Made by a program: the position numbers and the translations under genes. Under the pieces are notes generated by a model. That model made no database searches. It worked only from the letters and a program-made list of their open reading frames with translations, and had not been told where the DNA came from. Shown here piece by piece: positions 1-11,435 of a DNA stretch of 64,000 nt. Source of the DNA: Heterodontus francisci. Lineage: Eukaryota. Where the stretch lies: positions 22,082,529 through 22,146,528 of the forward strand of contig NC_090399.1 of NCBI RefSeq assembly GCF_036365525.1. Direction: 5' to 3'. Within the stretch, counting starts at the first letter, position 1; every line of letters starts with the position of its first letter.

Positions 1-335
1 ACAGAAACATCATTAAACAATATATGAAACCAAGCTACATAAGGACATATTAGGGTAGATGACCAAATGCTTGGTGAAAGAGAGAGGTTTCTCAGGAGTG
101 CCTTAATGGAGGAGAGAGGTTTAGTGAGGGTATGTCAGAGTTTAGGGCCTCGAAGGCTGAACGCCTGATTGCCAACTATAGAGCAATTAAAATGGGTAAT
201 GTTCGAGAGACCAGAATTAGAGGAATGCAGAGATCTCAGAGGGTTGTCGGGCTGGAGAATATTACAGAGATAGGGAGGGGTGTGGTCATGCAGGGATTTG
301 AAAACAAGGATGTGAATTTTAAAATCAAAATCTAA
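1..335 (-). mobile_element. L2-type LINE 3' fragment (decayed)
   Basis: Reverse complement resembles the L2 3' region at 455-868, 9215-9760, 20105-20370 and 25110-25630 (gatgaccaaa.gcttggt.aaagag, ggagcaattaaaat). Confidence 0.6.
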
Positions 336-357
336 AGCAGAAAGTTGTTTTCTCGCT

Positions 358-450
358 GAAATAAAAAGAGAAAATTCTGGAAATACTTAGCAAGCCAGAC
401 AGCATCTGTGGAGAGAGAAACAAAGTTAATGTTTCAGGTCAATAACCTCC
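358..450 (-). mobile_element. Penelope-like element 3' terminal fragment
   Basis: aaaagagaaaattctggaaatacttagcaagccagacagcatctgtggagagagaaacaaagttaatgtttcaggtc matches the reverse complement of the PLE tail at 44790-44885. Confidence 0.65.
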
Positions 451-454
451 CACA

Positions 455-868
455 CCATCCTGTTCACTTATCACCCCTGTGTTCACTGACCTCTATTGGC
501 TCCCAGTTAAGCAGTGCCTCCATTTAAAAAACCTCATCCTTGTTTTCAAATCCCTCCATGATCTCACCCTTCCCTGTCTCTGTAATCTTATCCAGCCCCA
601 GAACCCTCAGATACTTGCACACCTTCAATTCTGACCTCTTGAGCATCCCCGATTTTAATTGCTCTACCATTGGTGACTGCACTAAGTTCTGGAATTTTCT
701 CCCTAAACCTCTCCACCTGTCTAACTCTCTATCCTCCTTAAAACCTACCTCTTACACCAAGCTTTTGGTCATCGGCTCCACTATCTCCTTTTTGATAATA
801 TGACTGTGAAGTACCTTGAGATTTTTTATTACATTTAAAGGTGCTATGTCAATACAAATTGCTGTTAT
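455..868 (+). mobile_element. L2-type LINE 3' end (decayed)
   Basis: acccctgtgttcactgacctctattggctcccag...ttcaaatccctccatg encodes an HITPVL..LHWLP-like C-terminus; tail reads ctgtgaagtaccttgag...aaaggtgctat. Confidence 0.65.
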
Positions 869-1399
869 TCAGACCTCCATATTGAGGCTCAGTCACTAAA
901 ACCCTGGTTTTGGGCTGACCAAATAGGCATGCAGCCAAATTAAGTAGGTTGTGAGTATTAATTGTATATCAATTGTACTTAATTATATGCAGGTGAAGGG
1001 CATTAATTGGAGTCTTACTGAGCACATAGAGAGACACTTACTGAAACTACATAGGATTTGAGTTAAGAGGTATATGTTTAACTTTGTCAGTATGTTTAAG
1101 ATTGAGTGAAGATTGGCTCCAGCATTATCCTTTACCAACTGGCTTTTTGCAGTATAACAGTGAGGACTGGTCAGTCTGTCATGCCATGCCCCTCTCCATA
1201 AAGTACTGTGTGGTACCAATTTCAGACAGCCTTACTGTGCTGAAGCAGACTCACCATCAACAGGACCTACAAAAGCCCCCTGTCTGCTGGGTAAGCAGTC
1301 TCTCACTTTTCTTTGACTCTGACAGCTCTCCATTCCAGACCAACCCAACAACTGACGTGTGGGCTCTTTCAGATATATAATTCCACCCACAGGAACCAC

Positions 1400-1767
1400 A
1401 AGCTCATGTGGGCTGGCGTTTCCCGATAGGCTTAATAGGACGAATCCCAAGGGCCATTTTTACATTGAGAGCTGCCAGTTTGCTTTTTGCACCAGAATGG
1501 GGCAGGCGAGATAAATGGGGTCGTTTTAAACTCACTCGCCACGGGAGTCCACGGGACCGGGTGCAATTTTACACGGCGTTCAAGAATTCGATGAAACTTA
1601 CTTCCTGGAAATCTGCTTGATCGGGGATTTGTTCCCACGTGTTCAGGAAGACCGAAGTGTTGGCGAGTCGGAGCAGGAGCGAATTCTGCATCCAAATCCG
1701 GATTGGAAGAGTTTGATTAGCGCCCATTGATTTTTTTTGTTTGTTAACGATTTAGTTTGGATTGCGG
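1400..1767 (+). promoter_or_regulatory. Putative promoter/5' UTR of the Ig-5TM gene, with tandem GAS (STAT) motifs
   Basis: Locally CpG-rich unique DNA directly upstream of the ATG at 1768. TTCGATGAA (1587-1595) and TTCCTGGAA (1602-1610) fit TTCNNNGAA, with an overlapping ETS core ACTTCC. Confidence 0.45.
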
Positions 1768-1825
1768 ATGGAGCTCCAGGTCCATCTTCCGTTGCTCCTC
1801 CTCCTCCAGCTGATCAATGCAGAAG
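1768..1825 (+). CDS. Ig-5TM receptor exon 1: signal peptide MELQVHLPLLLLLQLINAE(G)
   Basis: ATG at 1768, Leu-rich h-region, donor G|GTGAG at 1826; phase 1, matching exon 2. Confidence 0.85.
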
Positions 1826-1934
1826 GTGAGGATCTCACTGGGGAAGGGGGTTAAAATGGGTAGCAGATAGTGCAGTTCCCGCAGACCCCCCCCCCCCCCC
1901 ACCCTGGAAAAGGGGTTAGAAAGTTCCCCCCCCG

Positions 1935-2200
1935 GAAATATACTTTATTTGTAACATTTTTTTTAAAACTGCATAACAGTTCAACTTGGACATTACATAA
2001 AGTGTAGTACAGATCAGTTTCTTTCAATACAGTACAGGAGGTGCCTCACTATACTTGCCATTGCTGGTTTTATTTATAATGTACATTTACATCTCCTCTC
2101 AAATATTCTCTGGTGCCTACAGCCTGAGAGGTTTTACACTGGTTTCTAGCCCCTCAGTATACTATGGCAGGAGGGCCTTCCACATTGAGTCTTTGTGGCG
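1935..2200 (-). mobile_element. Probable Tx1/L1-like LINE 3' end
   Basis: Minus strand ends ...aaataaagtatatttc and begins gccacaaagactcaatgtggaag, resembling the Tx1-clade ORF2 end and 3' UTR. Recognised from memory only. Confidence 0.4.
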
Positions 2201-2520
2201 TCTGACCTTCACGGTGTCAGAAGGACATCGGAGCAACTCAGCGGTGAAATCTCTGCTGTGACATGTTCAGGTTTAGTAATTGCTGTTGGAGAGATTCCTG
2301 GAGGTTTTGTTACGTCATCTCTGCAAATGTTGTGGCATTCACTTTATAATGTTTCAGTCTCCCTCAAGTTCAGTGTCTGCTTTTGGCTGGAGGTTTTCTT
2401 TCCCACCACTCACTGGGGTCTTTCTACCTCCCTTTCCCTGCCTCCTTCCCCACCCCACTGCACTGCCCTTCCTGAAAGGTGCTGTAGAAATGAGAATATT
2501 GTTTCGTTCTGTGTATCTGC

Positions 2521-4916
2521 GCATCAACACGAGCAGAATTTCTCACCCACAGCTGTTACAAAAATTTCTAAATTCACTTGTAACAGCCCTTCAAAACACT
2601 CCCACAGGGGATGCTGAGACCAAGTGGGCCCACATCAGAGACGCCATCTATGAGTCAGCTTTGACCACCTACGGCAAAAGTGCGAAGAGAAATGCAGACT
2701 GGTTTCAATCTCATAATGAAGAGCTGGAACCTGTCATAGCCGCTAAGCGCATTGCACTTTTGAACTACAAGAAAGCCCCCAGCGATTTAACATCCGCAGC
2801 ACTTAAAGCAGCCAGAAGTACTGCACAAAGAACAGCTAGGCGTTGCGCAAACGACTACTGGCAACACCTATGCAGTCATATTCAGCTGGCCTCAGACACC
2901 GGAAACATCAGAGGAATGTATGATGGCATGAAGAGAGCTCTTGGGCCAACCATCAAGAAGATCACCCCCCTCAAATCTAAATCGGGGGACATAATCACTG
3001 ACCAACGCAAACAGATGGACCGCTGGGTTGAGCACTACCTAGAACTGTACTCCAGGGAGAATGCTGTCACTGAGACTGCCCTCAATGCAGCCCAGCCTCT
3101 ACCAGTCATGGATGAGCTGGACATACAGCCAACCAAATCGGAACTCAGTGATGCCATTGATTCCCTAGCCAGCGGAAAAGCCCCTGGGAAGGACAGCATT
3201 ACCCCTGAAATAATCAAGAGTGCCAAGCCTGCTATACTCTCAGCACTACATGAACTGCTATGCCTGTGCTGGGACGAGGGAGCAGTACCCCAGGACATGC
3301 GCGATGCCAACATCATCACCCTCTATAAAAACAAAGGTGACCGCGGTGACTGCAACAACTACCGTGGAATCTCCCTGCTCAGCATAGTGGGGAAAGTCTT
3401 TGCTCGAGTCGCTCTGAACAGGCTCCAGAAGCTGGCCGAGCGCGTCTACCCTGAGGCACAGTGTGGCTTTCGTGCAGAGAGATCGACTATTGACATGCTG
3501 TTCTCCCTTCGTCAGATACAGGAGAAATGCCGTGAACAACAGATGCCCCTCTACATTGCTTTCATTGATCTCACCAAAGCCTTTGACCTCGTCAGCAGAC
3601 GTGGTCTCTTCAGACTACTAGAAAAGATCGGATGTCCACCAAAGCTACTAAGTATCATCACCTCATTCCATGACAATATGAAAGGCACAATTCAACATGG
3701 TGGCTCCTCATCAGAGCCCTTTCCTATCCTGAGTGGTGTGAAACAGGGCTGTGTTCTCGCACCCACACTTTTTGGGATTTTCTTCTCCCTGCTGCTTTCA
3801 CATGCGTTCAAATCCTCTGAAGAAGGAATTTTCCTCCACACAAGATCAGGGGGCAGGTTGTTCAACCTTGCCCGTCTAAGAGCGAAGTCCAAAGTACGGA
3901 AAGTCCTCATCAGAGAACTCCTCTTTGCTGACGATGCTGCTTTAACATCTCACACTGAAGAATGCCTGCAGAGTCTCATCGACAGGTTTGCGTCTGCCTG
4001 CAATGAATTTGGCCTAACCATCAGCCTCAAGAAAACGAACATCATGGGGCAGGATGTCAGAAATGCTCCATCCATCAATATTGGCGACCACGCTCTGGAA
4101 GTGGTTCAAGAGTTCACCTACCTAGGCTCAACTATCACCAGTAACCTGTCTCTAGATGCAGAAATCAACAAGCGCATGGGTAAGGCTTCCACTGCTATGT
4201 TCAGACTGGCCAAGAGAGTGTGGGAAAATGGCGCACTGACACGGAACACAAAAGTCCGAGTGTATCAGGCCTGTGTCCTCAGTACCTTGCTCTACGGCAG
4301 CGAGGCCTGGACAACGTATGCCAGCCAAGAGCGACGTCTCAATTCATTCCATCTTCGCTGCCTTCGGAGAATACTTGGCATCAGGTGGCAGGACTATATC
4401 TCCAACACAGAAGTCCTTAAAGCGGCCAACATCCCCAGCTTATACACACTACTGAGTCAGCGGCGCTTGAGATGGCTTGGCCATGTGAGCCGCATGGAAG
4501 ATGGCAGGATCCCCAAAGACACATTGTACAGCGAGCTCGCCACTGGTATCAGACCCACCGGCCGTCCATGTCTCCGTTATAAAGACGTCTGCAAACGCGA
4601 CATGAAATCGTGTGACATTGATCACAAGTCGTGGGAGTCAGTTGCCAGCATTCGCCAGAGCTGGCGGGCAGCCATAAAGACAGGGCTAAATTGTGGCGAG
4701 TCGAAGAGACTTAGTAGTTGGCAGGAAAAAAGACAGAGGCGCAAGGGGAGAGCCAACTGTGCAACAGCCCCAACAAACAAATTTCTCTGCAGCACCTGTG
4801 GAAGAGCCTGTCACTCCAGAATTGGCCTTTATAGCCACTCCAGGCGCTGCTTCACAAACCACTGACCACCTCCAGGCGCGTATCCATTGTCTCTCGAGAT
4901 AAGGAGGCCCAAAAGA
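2521..4916 (+). mobile_element. RTE-clade (BovB/Expander-like) LINE, 5'-truncated, RT ORF intact
   Basis: ORF 2280-4865 has KAPGKD, NYRGISLLS, QCGFR, FIDLTKAFD, GVKQGCVLAP, LLFADD, YLGS and a C-terminal CSTC..CHS..H..C finger, but no APE domain. Flanked by ATCTGC at 2515-2520 and 4917-4922 (candidate TSD). Confidence 0.95.
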
Positions 4917-5025
4917 ATCTGCTGGCATAACGTGTAAAATGTTTCTTCACATTTGCTGCTGAATTTCAGTGTTTGACTCACCACCACAGTTGAAATTATT
5001 AAATTTGCTTTTCTATGTCAATCAG

Positions 5026-5331
5026 GTGGAATGAAAGAAGTGTTTGGTGTCGTTGGTTCATCAGTTTTACTGGATCCTGAATATGGAGCTGATCTCAGTA
5101 ACAGTGACGTTATATGGATGTTCACTGGCAGCAGTGGAAAGCCTGTTACTATTTTGGATTATGTACCAAATCACCCAAAAGCGGAACCGAGTGAACAGTT
5201 CAAATCTCGATTATATTTTAATGTATCCGGTGGGTCTCTGATGTTAAACAGTTTAAAAGCCAGTGACCAAGGGGTTTATACCATCACTGTAGATGAAGAT
5301 TGGAAAAGGAGTAAAGATTTGAAACTCACTG
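5026..5331 (+). CDS. Ig-5TM receptor exon 2: Cys-less V-set Ig domain (CD2/SLAM/CEACAM/HEPACAM type)
   Basis: Acceptor tcaatcag|, donor G|GTAAG, phase 1-1. Encodes GVVGSSVLL, VIW, FKSRLYFNVSGGSLMLNSLKASDQGVYTITV; no cysteines. Confidence 0.93.
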
Positions 5332-5414
5332 GTAAGTGGTCAGAATACTTGGTGATGTTGGAAGTGATGCACATTTCAGCTCCTGAACTATTCACTACTG
5401 AAGAACTGCCACAG

Positions 5415-5640
5415 ATTGGGGATGGAAGCAGGCCATTCAGCCCCTCAAACCTATTCTGCCATTCCATTGAATCATGGTTGATCTGTACCTCACCTCCATT
5501 TACCTGCCTTTGTTCCTTATCCCCCACATCCATTACCCAACAGAGAAATCAATTGATCCTCAGTCTTGAAAATTTCAGTTGACCCAGCAACCACTGCCTT
5601 CGATGGTAGATTTCCACTATAAAGCGCTTCACTGATTTCA
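5415..5640 (-). mobile_element. CR1 3' tail fragment
   Basis: gcaggccattcagcccctcaaacctattctgccattc...atcatggttgatctg is the reverse complement of the CR1 3' UTR at 7870-7940. Confidence 0.6.
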
Positions 5641-6529
5641 GTGCAGAATTTGTCTTAATTCAAGATTAAATTGAACCGCTGATCCAGTAGAACAGAAATG
5701 GGGTTCATTCAGCCTCTATTGTTGAGTTCTGTCTGTCATCCTGCAGAGAAATGCCTCAGGAATTGTGATCCATCATCCATTACTGTATTGGTGAATTCTG
5801 TCCCAAACTAGATCACTGGAATTTTTTAATTGGGGAAGAGTGGTGGAGTGGACAAGCAGACAACATCAGGATTGAAGTTGAATGTCAAGTCTTGGAATTT
5901 TAGATGATAGCGAGGCTGCGAGATGTAGTTGGAATTCAGACAGTGTCTCTGGGAAAGCTGAAAAGTGAAAGATTCAAGTGATGGTTCGTACTTAGTTGCT
6001 GCTGTGACAATGATTTTCATTGGAACTGAATAGAGATCATAGCCAAATTAGGCTGATGGATTCTGCCCACACGGGGAGGGAGTGTTAGTAAGATGTCACT
6101 GGCATCAGGTTGACAGAAGAAAATGTGGAATTGCAGGGAGAGGACATTCTGCCCTGGGCTGAAAGCCAGAATGCAGGGGTTCAGTTTCTTACATCCAGTA
6201 GTTGTAGAGAAAAATCAGATCATTCTGAAAACGCCAGTGGACTAATGTGATGAATTTATTACAAAGCAAAGCGTTGGTCAGTGGAATAATTGGGTTTTGA
6301 TTCCAGCTGGTGCCCTTGAGTTCACTTCTTGTCCAGAAAAGAAAATAGCTTCATGTTAATCTTTCCAAAGATTGGAGATGCAGGTGAAGTCATGTACAGA
6401 AGACAAATAAAAATCCAGTTCAGGTTGAAGAAGATGCTGCTGTTACACCCCAGGTTATACTATCCCGCAAGTAGATATAAGACACTGAGTCAACTCTGAC
6501 AATGTAATATGCTCAGTCCCTTTTAATAT

Positions 6530-7940
6530 TGCATCGGCAGTTATCTTTCAAAATTCTGTAGATTCTGGAGAGGTTCCTGCAGAATTGGAAGTAGCAAATG
6601 TAACACCACTATTTAAGAAGGGAGGGAGAATGGAGAACTACAGACTTGATACTTTGACATCTGTAGTCGGGAAAATGTTAGAATCTATTATAAAGGATGT
6701 AATAATGGGACACTTAGAAAATAATAGTAAAATTGGGCAGAGTCAACTTGGATTTTTGAAAGGGAAATTGTGTTTGACAAACCTGTTGGAGTTTTTTTGA
6801 GGATGTTACTTGTAGCATAGATAAAGGAGAATGAGTGGATGTGGTGTATTTGGATTTTCAGAAGGCTTTAGTAAAGTCCCACACAGGAGGTTAGTAAACA
6901 GAATTAGAACACAAGGGATTGGGAGTAATATACTAGTATGGATTGAGAATTGGTTAACAGACAGAAAGCAGAGAGTAGGAATAAACGGGTCATTCTCAGG
7001 ATGGTAGGCTGTTAGTAGTGGGGTACCACAAGGATCAGTGCTTGGGCCACAGCTGTTCACAATCTATATAAATAATTTTGATGTGGGGACCAATTATAAT
7101 CTTTCCAAATTTGCTGATGACAAAACTAGGTGGGAATGTAAGTTGAGGAAGATGCAAGGAGGCTTCAGGGGGATTTGGACAGGCTAAGTGAATGGGCACG
7201 AACGTGGCAGATGGAATATGTGGGGAAAAATGTGAAGATACCCAGTTTGGTAGAAAAAACAGTATTTCTTAAATGATGAGAGGTTGGGAAGTATTGGTGT
7301 CCTTGTTCATGAGTCACTAAAAGCTAGCATACAGGTGCAGCAAGCAATTAAGGCAAATTGCTTTCGTTGCAAGGGGAATTGTATAGAGCCTTGGTGAGAC
7401 TGCACCTAGAGTACTGTGTACAGTCTTGGCCTCCTCCTCTAAGGAACGATATACTTGCCATAGAGGGAGTGCAACGGAAGTTCACCAGACTAATTCCTGG
7501 GCGGGATTGTCTTATGAGGAGAGATTGAGGAAACTGGGCCTGTATTGTCTAGAGTTTCAAAGAATGAGAGGTGACCTCATTGAAACCTACAAAATTCTTA
7601 CAGGATGTCACAGGCTGGATGTGGATAGGATGTTTCTCTGTCTGGTGTGTCTAGAACCAGGGGACATAGTCTCAGTATAAGGGGTAGGCCTTTTAATACT
7701 GAGATGAGGAGGAATTTCTTTAATCAGAGGGCGGTGAATCTTTGGAATTCTGTACCCCAGAGGGCAGGAGCTCCATCATTGAGCATGTTCAAGATAGAAA
7801 TTGATAGATTTCAGGAGACTAATGACATCAAGGGACATTGAGATAATGTAGGAAAGCGCCTTGAGGTTTATGATCGGCCCTGATCTAATTGAATGGTGGA
7901 GCAGGCTTGACAGGCTGCATGGCCTACTCCTATTCCTAAT
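6530..7940 (+). mobile_element. CR1 (HER1-like) LINE ORF2/3' fragment, decayed
   Basis: Fragments [36 protein letters not shown] and MRGDLIETYKIL, broken by stops and frameshifts; CR1 tail present. Confidence 0.9.
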
Positions 7941-8089
7941 AACTTAAAATTGATGTCAGTGGCCTATCACTAACCTCCCTAACCAAAGGAAATGGTCCAT
8001 CGTCATTTTTGTTCAACAAAACTCTTGGCAAAATCTCTGCCTTTTTTGTGGGGAAAATCCCAGCCTCCCATATCTGTCCTGCTTTATTC

Positions 8090-8330
8090 TTGCTTTATTC
8101 ATTGCTATGATGTGATGTTGCTGTCAAAGCCAGTATGTATTACTCATCCCTAGTTGACCTGACTGAGTGAGTGACTTGTTCAGCCACTTCAGAGGACAGT
8201 TTGGTCAACGACAATGGGTACAGATATATTGTTTCTTTCTGTGAAGACTATTAGTGAGCATATGTCATGGTGGGATTTAAACTCGTGGCCTCTGAGTTTC
8301 TAGTTCAGTAACATAATCACGACATTACCA
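8090..8330 (-). mobile_element. tRNA-derived SINE remnant (same family as 24205-24570)
   Basis: catggtgggatttaaactc...ctagttcagtaacataatcac is the reverse complement of that SINE's head; the LINE-type tail is at the left end. Confidence 0.45.
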
Positions 8331-8547
8331 TACACATTATTGATTCTGTATCTAGATTGTCCACTCTCCATGGTTTAAATGTCCTTTCTGTAATGGGGTG
8401 TCCAATACTGCACAGGTTACTCTATAGTCTACTCATTGCCTTGTACAAGCTAATCGGGACCTCTTTGCTGTTCCTGCTTTTTTTTATTCTGCGCCTTTAT
8501 TTATGTGACCCAAAATACTATTGACATTTTTTTTAATGGCTTTACCT

Positions 8548-8880
8548 ACCTGCAAACGCGACATGAAGTCCTGTGACATTGACCACAAGTTGTGGGAGTC
8601 AGTTGCCAGTGATCACCAGAGCTGGCAGACAGCCATAAAGGCAGGGTAAAGAGTGGCGAGTTGAAGAGACTTAGCAGCTGGCAGGAAAAAAGACAGAAGT
8701 GCAGGAGGGAGCCAACTGTGTAACAGCCCCGACAACCAATTTTATCTGCAGCGCCTGTGGAACAGTCTGTCACTCTAGAATTGGCCTTTATAGCCACTCC
8801 AGGTGCCGCTTCACAAACCACTGACCACCTCTAGGCGCTTACCCATTGTCTCTCGAGTCAAGGAGGCCAACGGAGAAGAC
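8548..8880 (+). mobile_element. RTE LINE 3' fragment
   Basis: Near copy of 4589-4915 (tgcaaacgcgacatgaagtcctgtgacattga...ccattgtctctcgag). Confidence 0.9.
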
Positions 8881-9214
8881 TTGCATTTCCAGGGACTTGT
8901 GTATTAGCCCAAGTTTTCTCTCTGTCTACTGACTCCTTTGTTTTCTTGCATTGAGCATTTTACTTGTTTTTCTTCCCAAAATTGATTTTACCTTGCACTT
9001 TTTCATATTTAATTGCCTCCGTCTGTAGTATTTAATGGTCCACTTTGCTTTTTGCTAATCACCCTACTTTTTGTAATATTGGTAGATGTCATCTGTGATG
9101 TATAGAGAACCCAGTCCTAAGGTACATCACTTTCGCCTATTCTGTAATTCAGGCAATATCCGTTATCCTTAACCCTTTGTTTCCTGTCAATGAGCCATGC
9201 GTGTTGGGAATCAC

Positions 9215-9760
9215 CATAAACTTAGTCAAAGAGGTGGATTTTAATGAGGATCTTGAGGGAGGACCGGGTGGTGGAGCTGCAGGAGGGTTAAGGGAGGGAA
9301 TTCCAGAGCGTGGTGGCTAAAAGCATGGCCACCAATGATGAAATGCATAAGAGGACAGAGTGGGAGGAATGGAGATTTTGATGGGATGGGTTGGAGTGGC
9401 GAGGGGTGGTTTGAAGAGTTCGAGAAATAGAAAACGTTATTTCGTATTTAGAGAGAGAGTGAGTCAAGACATGATGGAATTTAAACATGAGGATGAGAAT
9501 TTTATATTTAAGGGATTGAGGGACTGGAGCCAATGCAGGACTGGGGTGATGGGTAAGAGGGACAAGATGAATTGAAGTATATTGGATGGGAAGCCAGCAA
9601 AGAGAGCATTAGAATAGTGGAGTCTGGGGGTGAGAAGGGTGATGGATGAGAATTTCAGCAACAGCTGGGCTGAAGAAGGGATGAAGCTGGGCGATGTTGG
9701 AGGTTGACATCCTTTTGTGTCTGGATTATGGTGTTGGAAGTTCAGCTCCGGGTTGAAGTA
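9215..9760 (-). mobile_element. L2-type LINE fragment (decayed)
   Basis: Minus ORFs read RLHYSNALFAGFP..LQFI and PITPVLHWL, typical of the L2 ORF2 C-terminus. Confidence 0.7.
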
Positions 9761-9876
9761 TTCTGAGGTGCCTATGAAGGACAGGGCTCTTGTTTGTTAA
9801 TTATATTAACAGAATGTGAAACATTGATCTCCTCATGCTCAGACCTGTTTATCTATTCATTCATTATCTCCCACAG

Positions 9877-10146
9877 AACCACTGTCAGACCCTTTGATCT
9901 TCAGTAATTCTACTTGTGTGGAGACCACTATTGAACTGACTTGTCAAGTGTCTGCGGGGAAAGTGCATTCCGTTCTGTGGAGAAAAGGTGACGAAGTGAT
10001 AACAAATGGCCAACATTATCAGTTAGTACAAAAGGACAACAAATTGATCATTTCTAAAGCCAGAAAATCAGACTGTGGGATCTACACTTGTACCGTGGAG
10101 AACGCTGTTAGCAAGAAGAACAGTTCATATTCTCTTTCTATTTACG
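9877..10146 (+). CDS. Ig-5TM receptor exon 3: C2/I-set Ig domain
   Basis: Acceptor ctcccacag|, donor G|GTGAG, phase 1-1. Encodes EPLSDP, IELTCQV, VLWRKG, LIISKARKSDCGIYTCTVENAVS; N-glycosylation sequons NST and NSS. Confidence 0.95.
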
Positions 10147-10651
10147 GTGAGTTAATCCAGTCAGTCAATTCCATTTATTAGATAAAAATGATATTCCACT
10201 GAAGGGCCTTGCACTCAGCCTCATTAAATATGTTAATGTGGGAATAACATTGAATATTTTCATGGCAGAGGAAAGGAGAAGGATGGAAAATCACAGACTG
10301 GTAGTGTGAAGTTTTCTAATTTACACTCCTGGCTTTTACTGGGAGTGCCGAAGTGGAAAATCACGCATTAAGTTCACAGACTTGTTCAGAATGCAGACGG
10401 GTTGCCCAATGTGGGAAATGGAACACTGGTGCAGTATGATACACTTTTCTAATCATGGAGTCGAGGTATATAGTTGGGGCAGAATGGAGAGTACTGGTGG
10501 GGGTGCTTGAAAGTAGCATCGGGTGCCTGGTGGGAAGTGTTCTATAAACAAGACCTTTGATAACCAAACTTTTAAAGGAATGAAGATCCTGTTTCCAATC
10601 TGCAATTTGGTTTGAAAATAGTATAAATATGAAACCAGTTTTCTATTTCAG

Positions 10652-10765
10652 GTCTTCCATGGCTGCATCGTTGCGCAATGGGATTATCCATTGCTGCACT
10701 GATTACTGCTGCTGCTGCCTTGATCTGTACAATAATTTCATTCTTGCCTGAGGCCAAAACAATAA
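10652..10765 (+). CDS. Ig-5TM receptor exon 4: TM1
   Basis: Acceptor ttctatttcag|, donor A|GTAAG, phase 1-1. Encodes GLPWLHRCAMGLSIAALITAAAALICTIISFLPEAKTI. Confidence 0.9.
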
Positions 10766-10934
10766 GTAAGAGAAATTTGTTTCTTGCACAATTTAGCTTT
10801 GAAAGTTTTAAAATGTTACAATATAATACAGACTCTGTGAAACATTTCAATGTGATGCCTGTTAGCATTTTCAATTCTGGTGCTTTGTGCGGAGTGATAA
10901 ATTTGAATGCGTGAATATAATTTGCTCAAGTAAG

Positions 10935-11230
10935 GATAGAAAATGCTGGCAGTACTCAGCAGGTCGGGCAGCATCTATGGAGAGAAACAGAGTTAATGTT
11001 TCAGGTTGATGACTTTGCATCAGAACTGGGAAAAGTTAGAAATGTAATAGGTTTTGAGGGGGATGGATGTTGGGGAAGAACAAAAGCAAAGTTCGGTGAT
11101 AGGGTGGAAGACAGGAAAGATTAAATGACAGAAGAGTTAGTTATGCAGGGTCAAAGGGAGTGATGATTGGGCAAGAAAAGAAACAAAAGGTGTGCCTAGA
11201 ACAGGTGTGCTACTGTCTGACAGCAAAAAC
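10935..11230 (-). mobile_element. Penelope-like element 3' UTR fragment (older subfamily)
   Basis: aaaatgctggcagtactcagcaggtcgggcagcatctatggagagaaacagagttaatgtttcaggttgatgac is a reverse-complement PLE tail. Confidence 0.7.
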
Positions 11231-11351
11231 AAGAGAAAAATTGAAACGCAGAAAAGGAAGCAAAATGGAGCAGAAAATGCTAGAAATACTCAGCAGGTCT
11301 GGCCTTGTATTTGCTCAATTAATGTTGATATGAATTTGTTTATTGTTCTAG

Positions 11352-11435
11352 ATCTTCAGTTAACTGAAAATGTATTACAAGTCTTGCATCTTATCCTCCT
11401 TATTGCTGCATTTGTATGTTGGATACAGATTGAAG
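11352..11435 (+). CDS. Ig-5TM receptor exon 5: TM2
   Basis: Acceptor tattgttctag|, donor G|GTACT, phase 1-1. Encodes NLQLTENVLQVLHLILLIAAFVCWIQIE. Confidence 0.8.

Noticed and set aside
2280-2520. N-terminal 80 aa of the 861-aa ORF as a novel RTE domain
   Set aside because: It lies outside the candidate TSD, starts at TTG and is absent from the second RTE copy; chance open frame.
5332-5582. C-terminal extension of the 183-aa ORF 5031-5582 as a secreted single-Ig protein
   Set aside because: It reads through a strong GTAAG donor into intron and CR1-tail sequence; no support without transcript data.
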